NCBI GenBank assembly: GCA_963734895.1
Contig: CAVTIN010000004.1
Span: 278,965 to 342,964 of the forward strand
From: an uncultured Chloroflexia bacterium
GTDB taxonomy: Bacteria > Chloroflexota > Limnocylindria > Limnocylindrales > CSP1-4
Reading direction: 5' to 3'
Length of the DNA stretch: 64,000 nt
The number at the start of each line of letters is the position of its first letter. Position 1 is the stretch's first letter. Of the stretch, positions 9,355 through 21,073 are shown piece by piece. The position numbers and the translations under genes are program-made. Under the pieces are notes generated by a model. It saw nothing but the letters and a program-made list of their open reading frames with translations. It had not been told where the DNA came from and made no database searches.

Positions 9355-10269
9355 TCATCCGCTTCCGGCGTCACCTTCGGCAAGCAGGGCTGCCTTCGCC
9401 ACGAGCATGGCGGTGCGGTCCTCGTCAGTGGGGACCGGGAACTGGGGGTCGATGTCCATCAGCGCGTCGAGGATGACCGCCGACGCTGCGATCCGCATGA
9501 ACCACTTGTGATCCGCGGGGATGACGTGCCAGGGGGCCCAGCTCGTGCTCGTGCTGGACAGCATCTCGGAGAATGCACGCTGGTAGTCGTCCCAGCGCGC
9601 ACGCTCCCTGAGGTCATCGGCTGAGAACTTCCAGTTGCTGTTCGGCTCCTCGATGCGATCCAGGAACCGCTTCGCCTGCTCCTCCCGCGACACGTTGAGG
9701 AACAGCTTGACGATCCGGAAGCCGTTGTCCACGAGGTAGCGCTCCCAGTCGTTGATCTCGCGGTAGCGGCGCTTCCAGATGCCCTTGCCCATGGATGCGT
9801 CCGGCAGCCGCTGCCCGTCGAGGAGCTCGGGGTGCACCCGGACGACGAGCACCTCCTCGTAGTAGCTGCGGTTGAAGATGCCGATCATCCCGCGCGACGG
9901 CAGCCGGGACGAGGCGCGCCACAGGTAGTCGTGGTCGAGCTCGGCAGCCGACGGCGCCTTGAAGCTGGTGACCTGCACCCCCTGCGGGTCCACGCCGCTC
10001 ATCACGTGGCGGATCGTGCCGTCCTTGCCCGCGGCGTCGATCGCCTGGAGAATGACCAGCAGGCCGTTGCGGTGCTCGGCCGCGAGGCGCTCCTGGTACT
10101 CCGCGAGGAGCTCGACGCCGCGCTGCAGCATCTCGTCGGCGTCCTTCTTCCTGACGAAGTCGGCCGTGTAGCCGGGATCGAAGTCCCCGGGCAGGGCGAC
10201 CAATCGCCCGCGCTTGACGCGGAGCGGCTCGATCAGCCGGCGGATCTCCTCGGCATCGTAGTCGGCCAT
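9355..10269 (-). CDS. ppk2: Polyphosphate kinase 2 family (polyphosphate:nucleotide phosphotransferase)
   Basis: 304 aa. LLVILQAIDAAGKDGTIRHV (Walker A-like PPK2 motif), FNRSYYEEVLVVRVHP, and a lid region with WK..YREIN.WER.L. Reads as the PPK2 family. Confidence 0.85.
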   Translation of the reverse strand: MADYDAEEIRRLIEPLRVKRGRLVALPGDFDPGYTADFVRKKDADEMLQRGVELLAEYQERLAAEHRNGLLVILQAIDAAGKDGTIRHVMSGVDPQGVQVTSFKAPSAAELDHDYLWRASSRLPSRGMIGIFNRSYYEEVLVVRVHPELLDGQRLPDASMGKGIWKRRYREINDWERYLVDNGFRIVKLFLNVSREEQAKRFLDRIEEPNSNWKFSADDLRERARWDDYQRAFSEMLSSTSTSWAPWHVIPADHKWFMRIAASAVILDALMDIDPQFPVPTDEDRTAMLVAKAALLAEGDAGSG

Positions 10270-10366
10270 CGTGCTTCCTCAAACACGGCTCGGCGGGCGG
10301 GTGTGCCCCGCCAGCGTATTCATCTCGGTCATGATGGCGCACACCGCCACGGCCCCGCGGGACAGT

Positions 10367-10395
10367 CGAAGGCCCCTCCTGGGGAGGGGCCTTCG
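10367..10395. terminator. Perfect GC-rich hairpin (13-bp stem, 3-nt loop) immediately downstream of the NCS1 permease stop
   Basis: cgaaggcccctcc-tgg-ggaggggccttcg. Lies in the 167-bp spacer between the NCS1 stop (10437, minus) and the PPK2 start (10269, minus). No T-tract, as is usual for high-GC genomes. Confidence 0.45.
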
Positions 10396-10436
10396 GGCAG
10401 TCGGACGGCCGCCGGCGGAGCCGGCGACAGATGGGG

Positions 10437-12050
<1,614 letters not shown>

Positions 12051-12501
12051 ACGGGCCAGAACCGCTCCTGCTGCGGGCCGCGAGGCTGCGCGCGGGTGGC
12101 CGGGCACATCGTCGATGGGCGCCTCCTCCATCCCGATCGACCCTGACAAGAACCAACCCCCTGATGGCCGAAGTCTGCAATCGGCCCGCAAGGGCAGGTG
12201 CGACTGCACGCGTCGCCGCGTGCCGGATACGCAGCGTGCCGACGGCGACGTGGTATTGCGCGATTAGATCAGCCTTGATCCGAGACGACGGAGGGCCTGA
12301 GGTCCCGAAGATCACCCCCCCTTCGGGCCTGTCGCTCCTTCCGCCGGGAGGACGCGCGGGCGTCCGTGGCGACGGTCCGGCAAGCCCGGGTGGTTTGGGG
12401 ATTCCGGCCCATGCCCGCGCACGGGTCGCCGCGCAAGCCTTGGGGGCAAGAGGCGGGCGGCCGTGTTGAGCCGCCCATTGATGCGTATTGGAGAGCCACC
12501 C

Positions 12502-13350
12502 ATGCCCCGTATCGTCCGAGGCGCGCTGCTGCAGGCAAGCTGGACCGGCGACAAGGAATCGATGATCCAGAAGCACGAGGGCTACGCGCACGAGGCGGCC
12601 AAGGCCGGCGCAGCGGTGATGCTGTTCCAGGAGCTGTTCTACGGCCCCTACTTCTGCCAGGTGCAGGAGCCGGAGTACTACGGCTACACCGAGCTCATCC
12701 CCGACGGCCCGACCACCGCCCGCATGCAGGATCTGGCCAAGCAGACCGGGATGGTCCTCGTGGTCCCGATGTACGAGGAGGACGGCACCGCGTCGGGCAT
12801 CTACTACAACACGGCCGCCGTGATCGACGCCGACGGGTCGTATCTGGGCAAGTACCGCAAGACCCACATCCCGCACGTGAAGGGCTTCTGGGAGAAGTAC
12901 TACTTCCGCCCGGGCAACCTCGGCTACCCGGTGTTCCAGACCGCGGTGGGCAAGGTGGGCGTGTACATCTGCTACGACCGCCACTTCCCCGAAGGCGCCC
13001 GGGCGCTGGGGCTCAACGGGGCCGAGATGGTGTTCATCCCGTCGGCCACCAGCCGCGGCCTGTCCGAGTACCTGTGGCGGGTGGAGCAGATCAGCCACGC
13101 CGTCGCCAACGGCTACTTCGTGGGCACCATCAACCGGGTGGGCATCGAGCCATTGGGCGATGACGACTTCTACGGCCAGAGCTACTTCGCCGATCCGCGG
13201 GGCCAGATCATCGGTGGTGCCGGCTCCGCGCACGACGAGGAGCTGATCATCCGGGACATGGATCTCGACCTCGTCACCGAGGTCCGCCAGACCTGGCAGT
13301 TCTACCGCGATCGCCGCCCCGACCAGTACGGCGATCTGGTCCGACCCTGA
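12502..13350 (+). CDS. Nitrilase-superfamily (CN-hydrolase) amidase, beta-ureidopropionase / N-carbamoyl-amidase-like
   Basis: GKYRKTHIPH...EKYYFRPGNLGYPVFQTAVGKVGVYICYDRHFPEGAR matches the beta-alanine synthase / carbamoylase signature, including the catalytic Cys in VYICYD. ATG at 12502 is preceded by GGAGAG at -8; the longer 12463 start lacks an RBS. Confidence 0.8.
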   Translation: MPRIVRGALLQASWTGDKESMIQKHEGYAHEAAKAGAAVMLFQELFYGPYFCQVQEPEYYGYTELIPDGPTTARMQDLAKQTGMVLVVPMYEEDGTASGIYYNTAAVIDADGSYLGKYRKTHIPHVKGFWEKYYFRPGNLGYPVFQTAVGKVGVYICYDRHFPEGARALGLNGAEMVFIPSATSRGLSEYLWRVEQISHAVANGYFVGTINRVGIEPLGDDDFYGQSYFADPRGQIIGGAGSAHDEELIIRDMDLDLVTEVRQTWQFYRDRRPDQYGDLVRP

Positions 13351-13466
13351 TACCGCGATTCGCCACGTCACCCGGAGCCGGCACGGCGCCCCCCGGCTCC
13401 GGTGACGCCACGTGACAGGGTGTGCCGTAGGACGCATCCTGTCCCCTGACCCGAAGCCCGAGGAGA

Positions 13467-14852
13467 ATGATGCGCACGCTCATCAAGGGAGGCACCATCG
13501 TCAATGCGGACGCCACCGGCGCCGGTGACGTGCTGGTTGACGGGGAGCGGATCGCCCTGATCGGCGAGAGCCTCGATGTCGCCGCCGATCAGACGATCGA
13601 TGCCAGCGGCAAGTGGGTGATCCCGGGCGGGATCGACCCCCACACGCACATGGAGCTGCCGTTCGGCGGCACCTTCGCCAAGGACACGTTCGAGACCGGC
13701 AGCCGTGCAGCCGCGTTCGGCGGCACGACGACCATCATCGACTTCGCCGTCCAGCCGCGGGGCGGGTCGTTCCGGGACGGTTTGGCCACGTGGCACGAGA
13801 AGGCCGATGGCAAGACCTGCATCGACTACGCGTTCCACGTGATCGTGTCCGACATGCGCGACGAGCTGCTGCCGGAGATGGACGAGCTGGTCGACGAGGG
13901 CGTCACGACGTTCAAGCTGTTCACCGCCTACCCGGGCGTGTTCCTCAGCGGCGATGACGCGATCTTCAAGGCCATGAAGCAGACCGCCAAGAACGGCGGC
14001 ATGATCCTGATGCACGCGGAGAACGGCCCGGTCATCGACGTGGTCGCCAACGAGATGGTCGCGAACGGCATCACGGACCCGATCGGCCATGGCCTCGCCC
14101 GCTACTCGATCTTCGAGGCCGAGGCGACCCAGCGGCTGATCCGTCTCGCCCAGGCCGCCAAGGCGCCGGTCTACTTCGTCCACATGTCCGCCAGGGAGGC
14201 GCTCGACGCGCTCCGCCGGGCGCAGAACGAGGGCCTGCCGGCGTTCGCCGAGACATGCCCGCAGTACCTGTACCTGTCGCTCGCCGACATCGACCAGGGC
14301 TTCGAGGGATCGAAGTTCGTGTGCTCGCCGCCACTCCGCGACCGCAATGCCGGCCACCAGGAGGAGCTCTGGAAGGGCCTGGTCAAGGGCAACCTGTCAG
14401 CCGTCGGCACCGACCACTGCCCGTTCGACTTCCACGGCCAGAAGGAGCTTGGCCGGGGCGACTTCCGCAAGATCCCCAACGGCCTGCCGGGCGTCGAGGA
14501 GCGGGTGGACCTCATGCACCAGGGCGTCGTCGATGGGCGGATGTCGCCCAACCGCTTCGTCGAGATCACGTCCACGGGCGCCGCAAGGCTGTTCGGGCTG
14601 ACGAAGAAGGGCGCGATTGCTGCCGGCTACGACGCGGACATCGTGGTCTACGACCCCAACCGCAAGCACACCCTCAGCGCGAGCACGCACCACATGGACG
14701 TCGACTACTCGTGCTACGAGGGGCTCGAGGTCCAGGGCGGCTCGGACGTCGTCATGAGCCGCGGCAAGGTCATCGTCAAGGATGGCGAGTGGCTGGGCAA
14801 GGCCGGCGACGGCAAGTTCGTGAAGCGCGAGCGGAGCCAGTTCCTGCGCTGA
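13467..14852 (+). CDS. Dihydropyrimidinase / D-hydantoinase (cyclic amidohydrolase)
   Basis: 461 aa. GGIDPHTHMELPF (HxH metal site), TTFKLFTAYPG (carbamylated-Lys region), MHAENG, and a C-terminal GTDHCPFDF. Reads as dihydropyrimidinase/hydantoinase. Confidence 0.9.
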   Translation: MMRTLIKGGTIVNADATGAGDVLVDGERIALIGESLDVAADQTIDASGKWVIPGGIDPHTHMELPFGGTFAKDTFETGSRAAAFGGTTTIIDFAVQPRGGSFRDGLATWHEKADGKTCIDYAFHVIVSDMRDELLPEMDELVDEGVTTFKLFTAYPGVFLSGDDAIFKAMKQTAKNGGMILMHAENGPVIDVVANEMVANGITDPIGHGLARYSIFEAEATQRLIRLAQAAKAPVYFVHMSAREALDALRRAQNEGLPAFAETCPQYLYLSLADIDQGFEGSKFVCSPPLRDRNAGHQEELWKGLVKGNLSAVGTDHCPFDFHGQKELGRGDFRKIPNGLPGVEERVDLMHQGVVDGRMSPNRFVEITSTGAARLFGLTKKGAIAAGYDADIVVYDPNRKHTLSASTHHMDVDYSCYEGLEVQGGSDVVMSRGKVIVKDGEWLGKAGDGKFVKRERSQFLR

Positions 14853-14884
14853 CCGGAGGCGGGCCACGCCCGCACCACGCAGAC

Positions 14885-14918
14885 GTCGAGACTCGCCCGG
14901 TCCGGGCGCGTCTCGACG
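14885..14918. terminator. Compound GC-rich hairpin between the convergent hydantoinase and NmrA-like genes
   Basis: cgtcgagac...gcccgg-t-ccgggcg...gtctcgacg. Lies 33 nt after the hydantoinase stop. Confidence 0.35.
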
Positions 14919-14927
14919 CGTTCGGCC

Positions 14928-16352
14928 TCAGGCGGTGGAACGCCGCCCCAGCTCCCGAACCATGCCGCGGAAGATCAGGCCGTGCACCGGATAGAGGCCG
15001 TACCAGTAGGCGAGGCCGGGCAGGCCCTTGGGCTCGAAGAACGCGGTCTGAACCAGGCGGCTCCCGCCCTCGATGGGGAGGATCTCGTACTGGAGCCACG
15101 CGCGGCCCGGCACCTTCATCTCCGCCCGCAGGCGGAGCAGATCTGGACGCCGGAGCTCCTCGACCCGCCAGAAGTCCACGGCATCGCCCTCTCGGAGGTG
15201 CACCGGGTCTCGCCGGCCGAGGCGCATCCCGACACCTCCGACGGCCCGATCGACGAGGCCACGGATCCGCCACAGGGCGTTGGCGTACGGCCAACCGGCT
15301 CCACCACCCATGCCCTCGACCTCGGCGAACACGCGCTCCGGCGGCGCGGGAACCACCCGCTGGCGGCGCTCGATGATCATCCCGTCCCTCGTGGTGAGCG
15401 AGGAAAGCGTGGTCCGGTCGCGGGCGGCCATCGCGTCGAACCAGGTCGACTCCACCTCGTGCCGGTCCGACCGCTCGATCGCCTGTGCGAGGGCCTCCTC
15501 GAACGGAACCGGGTGCACACCGAGAGCGGCAGCCGGCCCCGGGTCGCGGACGATGACCTCGTTGCGCAGGCCCTCGATCAGCGGTCGCGCGATCGACGCC
15601 GGGACTGGCGATACAAGGTTGACCCAGTACGAGCTCAGGCGCGGCGTGAGGACGGGGACCGGGATCATGAGCCGGCGAAGCCCTCGCAGCCGGGCAAAGG
15701 TCCGCATCATGTCCCCGTAGGACAGCACGTCCGGCCCGCCGATCTCGACGATCCCGGTCACGTCCGGGTGCTCGGGCACCGCGGCGAGGTAGTCCAGGAC
15801 GTCGACGATCCCGATCGGCTGGCACCGGGTGCCAACCCAGCGCGGCGTGATCATGATCGGCAGCCGCTCGGTCAGGTGACGCAGGATCTCGAACGACGCG
15901 CTGCCCGATCCGATGATCACGGCCGCCCGCAGCTCCGTGACCGGAACGCCATGGGCCGCCAGCTCCGCGCCGGTCTCGTGCCGGCTGGCCAGGTGGTGTG
16001 ACAGGCTTGCGCTGTCGTCGCCAAGGCCCCCGAGGTAGACGATCTGCCGCACGCCGGCGGCCGAGGCAGCCTGCCCGAAGTTGCGCGCCGCGGCGATGTC
16101 CCGCTCCGCGAACCCGCGCTCGCCGCCGCCCATCGAGTGGGCAAGGTAGTAGGCGATCTCGATGCCCTCGAGCGCGGCCGCGAGGGATGAGGGCTCGAGC
16201 AGGTCGACGCTGACGACCCGGTCGTCCGGGAACCTGGCGGCAAGGGACGAGGCGTCGCGGCTCGCGAGCCGCAGGATGTGCCCACGAGCCCGCAACAGCG
16301 GGACCAGGCGCCCGCCGACGTACCCGCTGGCACCCACGATGAGGGTCTGCAT
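14928..16352 (-). CDS. NAD(P)-binding NmrA/atypical-SDR domain fused to a DUF2867-like C-terminal domain
   Basis: MQTLIVGASGYVGGRLVPLLRARGH (Rossmann fold) ... C-terminal LQYEILPIEGGSRLVQTAFFEPKGLPGLAYWYGLYPVHGLIFRGM, typical of the DUF2867 domain fused to NmrA-like proteins. Confidence 0.7.
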   Translation of the reverse strand: MQTLIVGASGYVGGRLVPLLRARGHILRLASRDASSLAARFPDDRVVSVDLLEPSSLAAALEGIEIAYYLAHSMGGGERGFAERDIAAARNFGQAASAAGVRQIVYLGGLGDDSASLSHHLASRHETGAELAAHGVPVTELRAAVIIGSGSASFEILRHLTERLPIMITPRWVGTRCQPIGIVDVLDYLAAVPEHPDVTGIVEIGGPDVLSYGDMMRTFARLRGLRRLMIPVPVLTPRLSSYWVNLVSPVPASIARPLIEGLRNEVIVRDPGPAAALGVHPVPFEEALAQAIERSDRHEVESTWFDAMAARDRTTLSSLTTRDGMIIERRQRVVPAPPERVFAEVEGMGGGAGWPYANALWRIRGLVDRAVGGVGMRLGRRDPVHLREGDAVDFWRVEELRRPDLLRLRAEMKVPGRAWLQYEILPIEGGSRLVQTAFFEPKGLPGLAYWYGLYPVHGLIFRGMVRELGRRSTA

Positions 16353-16574
16353 GCGACGAGTATGACCGCCGCTTCACGCTCCCCCTCGCGTCGCTGGCCG
16401 TGCCCGTGCTGCGGACCGGTCCGAGTGTCGTGGTCCTGTGGTTCGGTGCCGCAGCCCTGGATCGCACCCATGCCGGGCGCCGGCGGCAGCCGCTGGCGCA
16501 AAAGGCGCATCATCGTCGCGCGTACCGCCAGGGAACGCGTCGCCGCTACCCGCGGCCGTCCGAGGATGTGGGCG

Positions 16575-16646
16575 ATGGACAAGAAGGCAAAGACGCCGAA
16601 GAAGCCGAAGTCGGCGAAGCCCAAGGGTTCCAAGTCCGCCGGCTGA
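16575..16646 (+). CDS. Candidate 23-aa lysine-rich micro-ORF (MDKKAKTPKKPKSAKPKGSKSAG)
   Basis: ATG at 16575 is preceded by GAGGA with an 8-nt spacer. Lies in the 340-bp intergenic region between the NmrA-like start and the PreA-like stop. AAG codons are used throughout. No homolog was recognised. Confidence 0.25.
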   Translation: MDKKAKTPKKPKSAKPKGSKSAG

Positions 16647-16694
16647 ACGGCGCAACGGCGGTCCGGTCACCCGGGCCGCCGTTGGATCCGCCGA

Positions 16695-17831
16695 TCACGC
16701 CTTCGCGAGCGGCTCCGCGTAGCCCTCGGCCTCGTCCTCGTAGCCGCCGTGGTAGTCCTTCGCCTCGGGACGCCGGATCGCGGACTGGGCGACCACCCGG
16801 CCGCGGCGGATCCCACGGAAGTCGTGGAGCGACGTGAAGCCGCGCTCCGCGTTGCGGTCGATGAACTCCGCCATGCCGGTCGTCAGGTTCCGGATCACGT
16901 TGGGCCCGATGGCGTGGTCGAGCATCGCGGCGGTCGCGACCTGGGCCGTCCCGCAGCCGAGCAGGAAGTAGCTCAGCGCGTGGTCGAAGGTGGAGATCCC
17001 GCCGATCGCCGAGAACTCGTTGTCGGGGAACGCCTGCGTCATCTCGGCCATCTTGGCCAGGGACTGCATCAGGATCGCGGGGCCACCCTGGCCGCCGGGC
17101 GCCACCAGCCCGTCGACGTTGACCTCTGGCTCGAGCGTCTCCGGGTCGAACAGCGGCAGCGACGGGAACGTGTTGGACGAGGAGATCGCGTCGGCGCCGC
17201 CGAGGAAGGTGGCCTCCGCTTCCTCCACGATGTTGGCCGTCGCCGGGGTGAGCTTGACCCACACCGGGACCCGGGCCGCGGCCTTGACCGCCTGCGTAGA
17301 CACCGAGCACAGGACCGGATCCTTGCCGACGTTCGAGCCCATGTCGATGCGGTCCATGTGGGGGCACGAGAAGTTGAGCTCGATCGCATCGGCGCCGGCG
17401 TCCTGGACGCCCTCGACCAGGGTCTGCCAGTTGCCCAGCTCCTTGTCGGTGCCGGAGCCCGCCATGATCGACGCAACCAGGACCCGGTTCGGCCACGCCG
17501 CCTTGACCGCGCGGATCTTCGGCAGCCACCAGTCCATGGGCTTGTCCGAGATCAGCTCCCAGTTCCAGGAGGCCATCAGCGCGGTGTCGGGGCGCTTGGC
17601 CATGGACAGGCGCGAGCCGCCGATGTCCGCGCGCAGGAACTTGGTCTTCGGACCCGCGACGTTCACCACCGGGTGCAGCCCGATCGTCTTGGTGACCACG
17701 CCGCCCCATCCGGCTTCGAAGGCCCGCATGATGTTGCTCTCGGACTCGGTAGGGGGCGCCGATGCGAGCAGGAACGGGTTCTCGAAGCGAATGCCCGTGA
17801 ACACCGTGGACAGATCGGCCACTGGGCTCAA
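16695..17831 (-). CDS. Dihydroorotate-dehydrogenase-family flavoprotein, PreA / dihydropyrimidine-dehydrogenase catalytic-domain-like, lacking the C-terminal ferredoxin domain
   Basis: 378 aa. FENPFLLASAPPTES, GWGGVVTKTIG, ELNFSCPHM, VWVKLTPA, and GGISTFDHALSYFLLGCGTAQVATA match the DPD/PreA TIM-barrel motifs (CPH type, not the CPN of PyrD). There are no Cys clusters and no adjacent PreT-like gene. Confidence 0.75.
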   Translation of the reverse strand: MSPVADLSTVFTGIRFENPFLLASAPPTESESNIMRAFEAGWGGVVTKTIGLHPVVNVAGPKTKFLRADIGGSRLSMAKRPDTALMASWNWELISDKPMDWWLPKIRAVKAAWPNRVLVASIMAGSGTDKELGNWQTLVEGVQDAGADAIELNFSCPHMDRIDMGSNVGKDPVLCSVSTQAVKAAARVPVWVKLTPATANIVEEAEATFLGGADAISSSNTFPSLPLFDPETLEPEVNVDGLVAPGGQGGPAILMQSLAKMAEMTQAFPDNEFSAIGGISTFDHALSYFLLGCGTAQVATAAMLDHAIGPNVIRNLTTGMAEFIDRNAERGFTSLHDFRGIRRGRVVAQSAIRRPEAKDYHGGYEDEAEGYAEPLAKA

Positions 17832-18082
17832 CCTCCTTGCGCTGGGTGGGTTCCTGGTCCCGCGGAATGTCGCATCGTCCGGCCCGGACGGCCCCTCGCG
17901 GTAGGGCCGGTGGTCACGTCCCGTGCGGGCAGTCCGTCCAGCCCCTCCCGGTCACGCCACCCGGACCTTGTTTGGGGGCGGGAACTGCAGACGATCAGGT
18001 TATCGCGACGTCGACACGCGGCCTGACCGCGCTCCCAGCCGTCGGACGTCACGCGATTCAGGACGCCAGGAGGCACACGAAC

Positions 18083-19627
<1,545 letters not shown>

Positions 19628-19640
19628 TCCTCGCGTGATG

Positions 19641-19676
19641 TCGAGCCCGCCGCCCCGCTCGGGGCGGCGGGCTCGA
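19641..19676. terminator. Perfect 16-bp GC stem-loop 14 nt downstream of the mmsA stop
   Basis: tcgagcccgccgcccc-gctc-ggggcggcgggctcga. Confidence 0.5.
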
Positions 19677-19833
19677 TGCATGTCCGGGGGACAGGCTTCG
19701 AGCACCCGATCCCCGACCCTGCGGCGCTCTAACCTCGCGGCTGCGGAGCTGACCCTCGCTCCCGGCGGCCGGGTCCAGGGTTCGGGTTCCCGGATCTTCG
19801 GCCGATCGTCCGCGCGCCCGCTATCGTGGGCGG

Positions 19834-21072
19834 ATGACCACGACCTTCCGCGTGCCCGGCGCGGTATTGACCGAGCGCGATCACGTCGTCCCTCTCGACC
19901 ACGCGCGGCCCGACGGCCCCACGATCACGGTGTTCACGCGCGAGGTCGCGGATCCGGACGGCCTCGACCGGCCCTACCTGGTGTTTCTCCAGGGCGGCCC
20001 GGGCCACGAGGCCGCCCGTCCGTCGGTGCCGCCGCCAGCAGGTTCGTGGATGCGCCGCGCGCTCGCGGACTACCGGGTCCTGCTGCTCGACCAGCGTGGC
20101 ACCGGCCGGTCGACGCCCGTGGGTCCGCGGATCCCGGGCTCGACGCCCGAGGAGCAGGCAACCTACCTGACCCATTTCCGGGCGGACTCGATCGTTCGCG
20201 ATTCCGAGCTGATCCGCCGCGAGCTGGGCGTGGATCGCTGGAGCGTGCTCGGCCAGAGCTTCGGGGGGTTCACGAGCCTGGCCTATCTCTCGATCGCCCC
20301 CGAGGGCCTGCGCGAGGCGTTCCTCACGGGCGGCCTGACACCCGTCGACGGACGCTCGGTGGACGTCGTGTACCGGGCGACCTACCGGCGGCTGATCGAG
20401 GTCAACCGACGCTACTTCGAGCGCTATCCATCGGACCAGGCACGCGTCCGCGAGATCCATCGCCGGCTCGGGGGGGAGGAGATCCTGCTTCCGTCGGGCG
20501 ACCGGCTCACCGTTCGCCGGTTCCGCCAGCTCGGTCTGTGGCTCGGAATGAGCGGCGGGTTCGAGCTGCTCCACCACGTGCTCGAGCTGCCCCCGGATTC
20601 ACCGGCCTTCCTCCACGACGTGGAGAACGCCCACGCATTCGGTCGCAACCCGATCTACGCAACGCTTCACGAGTCGTCCTACGCGGACGGCGTGGCCACC
20701 CGCTGGTCGGCCGACCGGCTGCTGCCGGACGAGATCCGCGATGGCGAGGGGTTCACGGCGGAGCACATCTTCCCCTGGATGTTCGAGGACTACCGCGGGC
20801 TTCTTGAGCACCGCGAGGCCGCCCACCTGGTCGCCGATCACGTGTGGCCGCGGCTGTACGACGAGGACCGCCTGCGCCACAACGAGGTGCCGGTCGCCGC
20901 GACGATCTATGCCAACGACCTGTACGTCGAGCGCGAGTTCGCCGAGGAAACGGCGGCCGTCGTTCGCGGCCTCCGCCCGTGGCTCACCGACGAATACGAG
21001 CACAACGGCCTCCGTGCCGACGGCGAGCGCGTCCTGGGCCGGCTCATCGATCTTGCCCGGGGTCGTGCCTAG
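19834..21072 (+). CDS. Alpha/beta-hydrolase, prolyl aminopeptidase (S33) family
   Basis: LVFLQGGPGHEA...LLLDQRGTGRSTP...VLGQSFGGFTSLAY (GxSxG nucleophile). Reads as proline iminopeptidase family. Confidence 0.8.
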   Translation: MTTTFRVPGAVLTERDHVVPLDHARPDGPTITVFTREVADPDGLDRPYLVFLQGGPGHEAARPSVPPPAGSWMRRALADYRVLLLDQRGTGRSTPVGPRIPGSTPEEQATYLTHFRADSIVRDSELIRRELGVDRWSVLGQSFGGFTSLAYLSIAPEGLREAFLTGGLTPVDGRSVDVVYRATYRRLIEVNRRYFERYPSDQARVREIHRRLGGEEILLPSGDRLTVRRFRQLGLWLGMSGGFELLHHVLELPPDSPAFLHDVENAHAFGRNPIYATLHESSYADGVATRWSADRLLPDEIRDGEGFTAEHIFPWMFEDYRGLLEHREAAHLVADHVWPRLYDEDRLRHNEVPVAATIYANDLYVEREFAEETAAVVRGLRPWLTDEYEHNGLRADGERVLGRLIDLARGRA

Positions 21073-21073
21073 G

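Noticed and set aside
12463-12501. Upstream ATG (12463) as the start of the CN-hydrolase
   Set aside because: It has no RBS and adds a non-conserved MLSRPLMRIGEPP extension. The ATG at 12502 has GGAGAG at -8 and begins the conserved MPRIV...QASW N-terminus.
16278-16574. Upstream part of the 122-aa ORF containing the Lys-rich peptide
   Set aside because: It overlaps the 5' end and upstream region of the minus-strand NmrA-like gene and has non-coding-like composition. Only the RBS-preceded terminal 23 codons are retained as a candidate.
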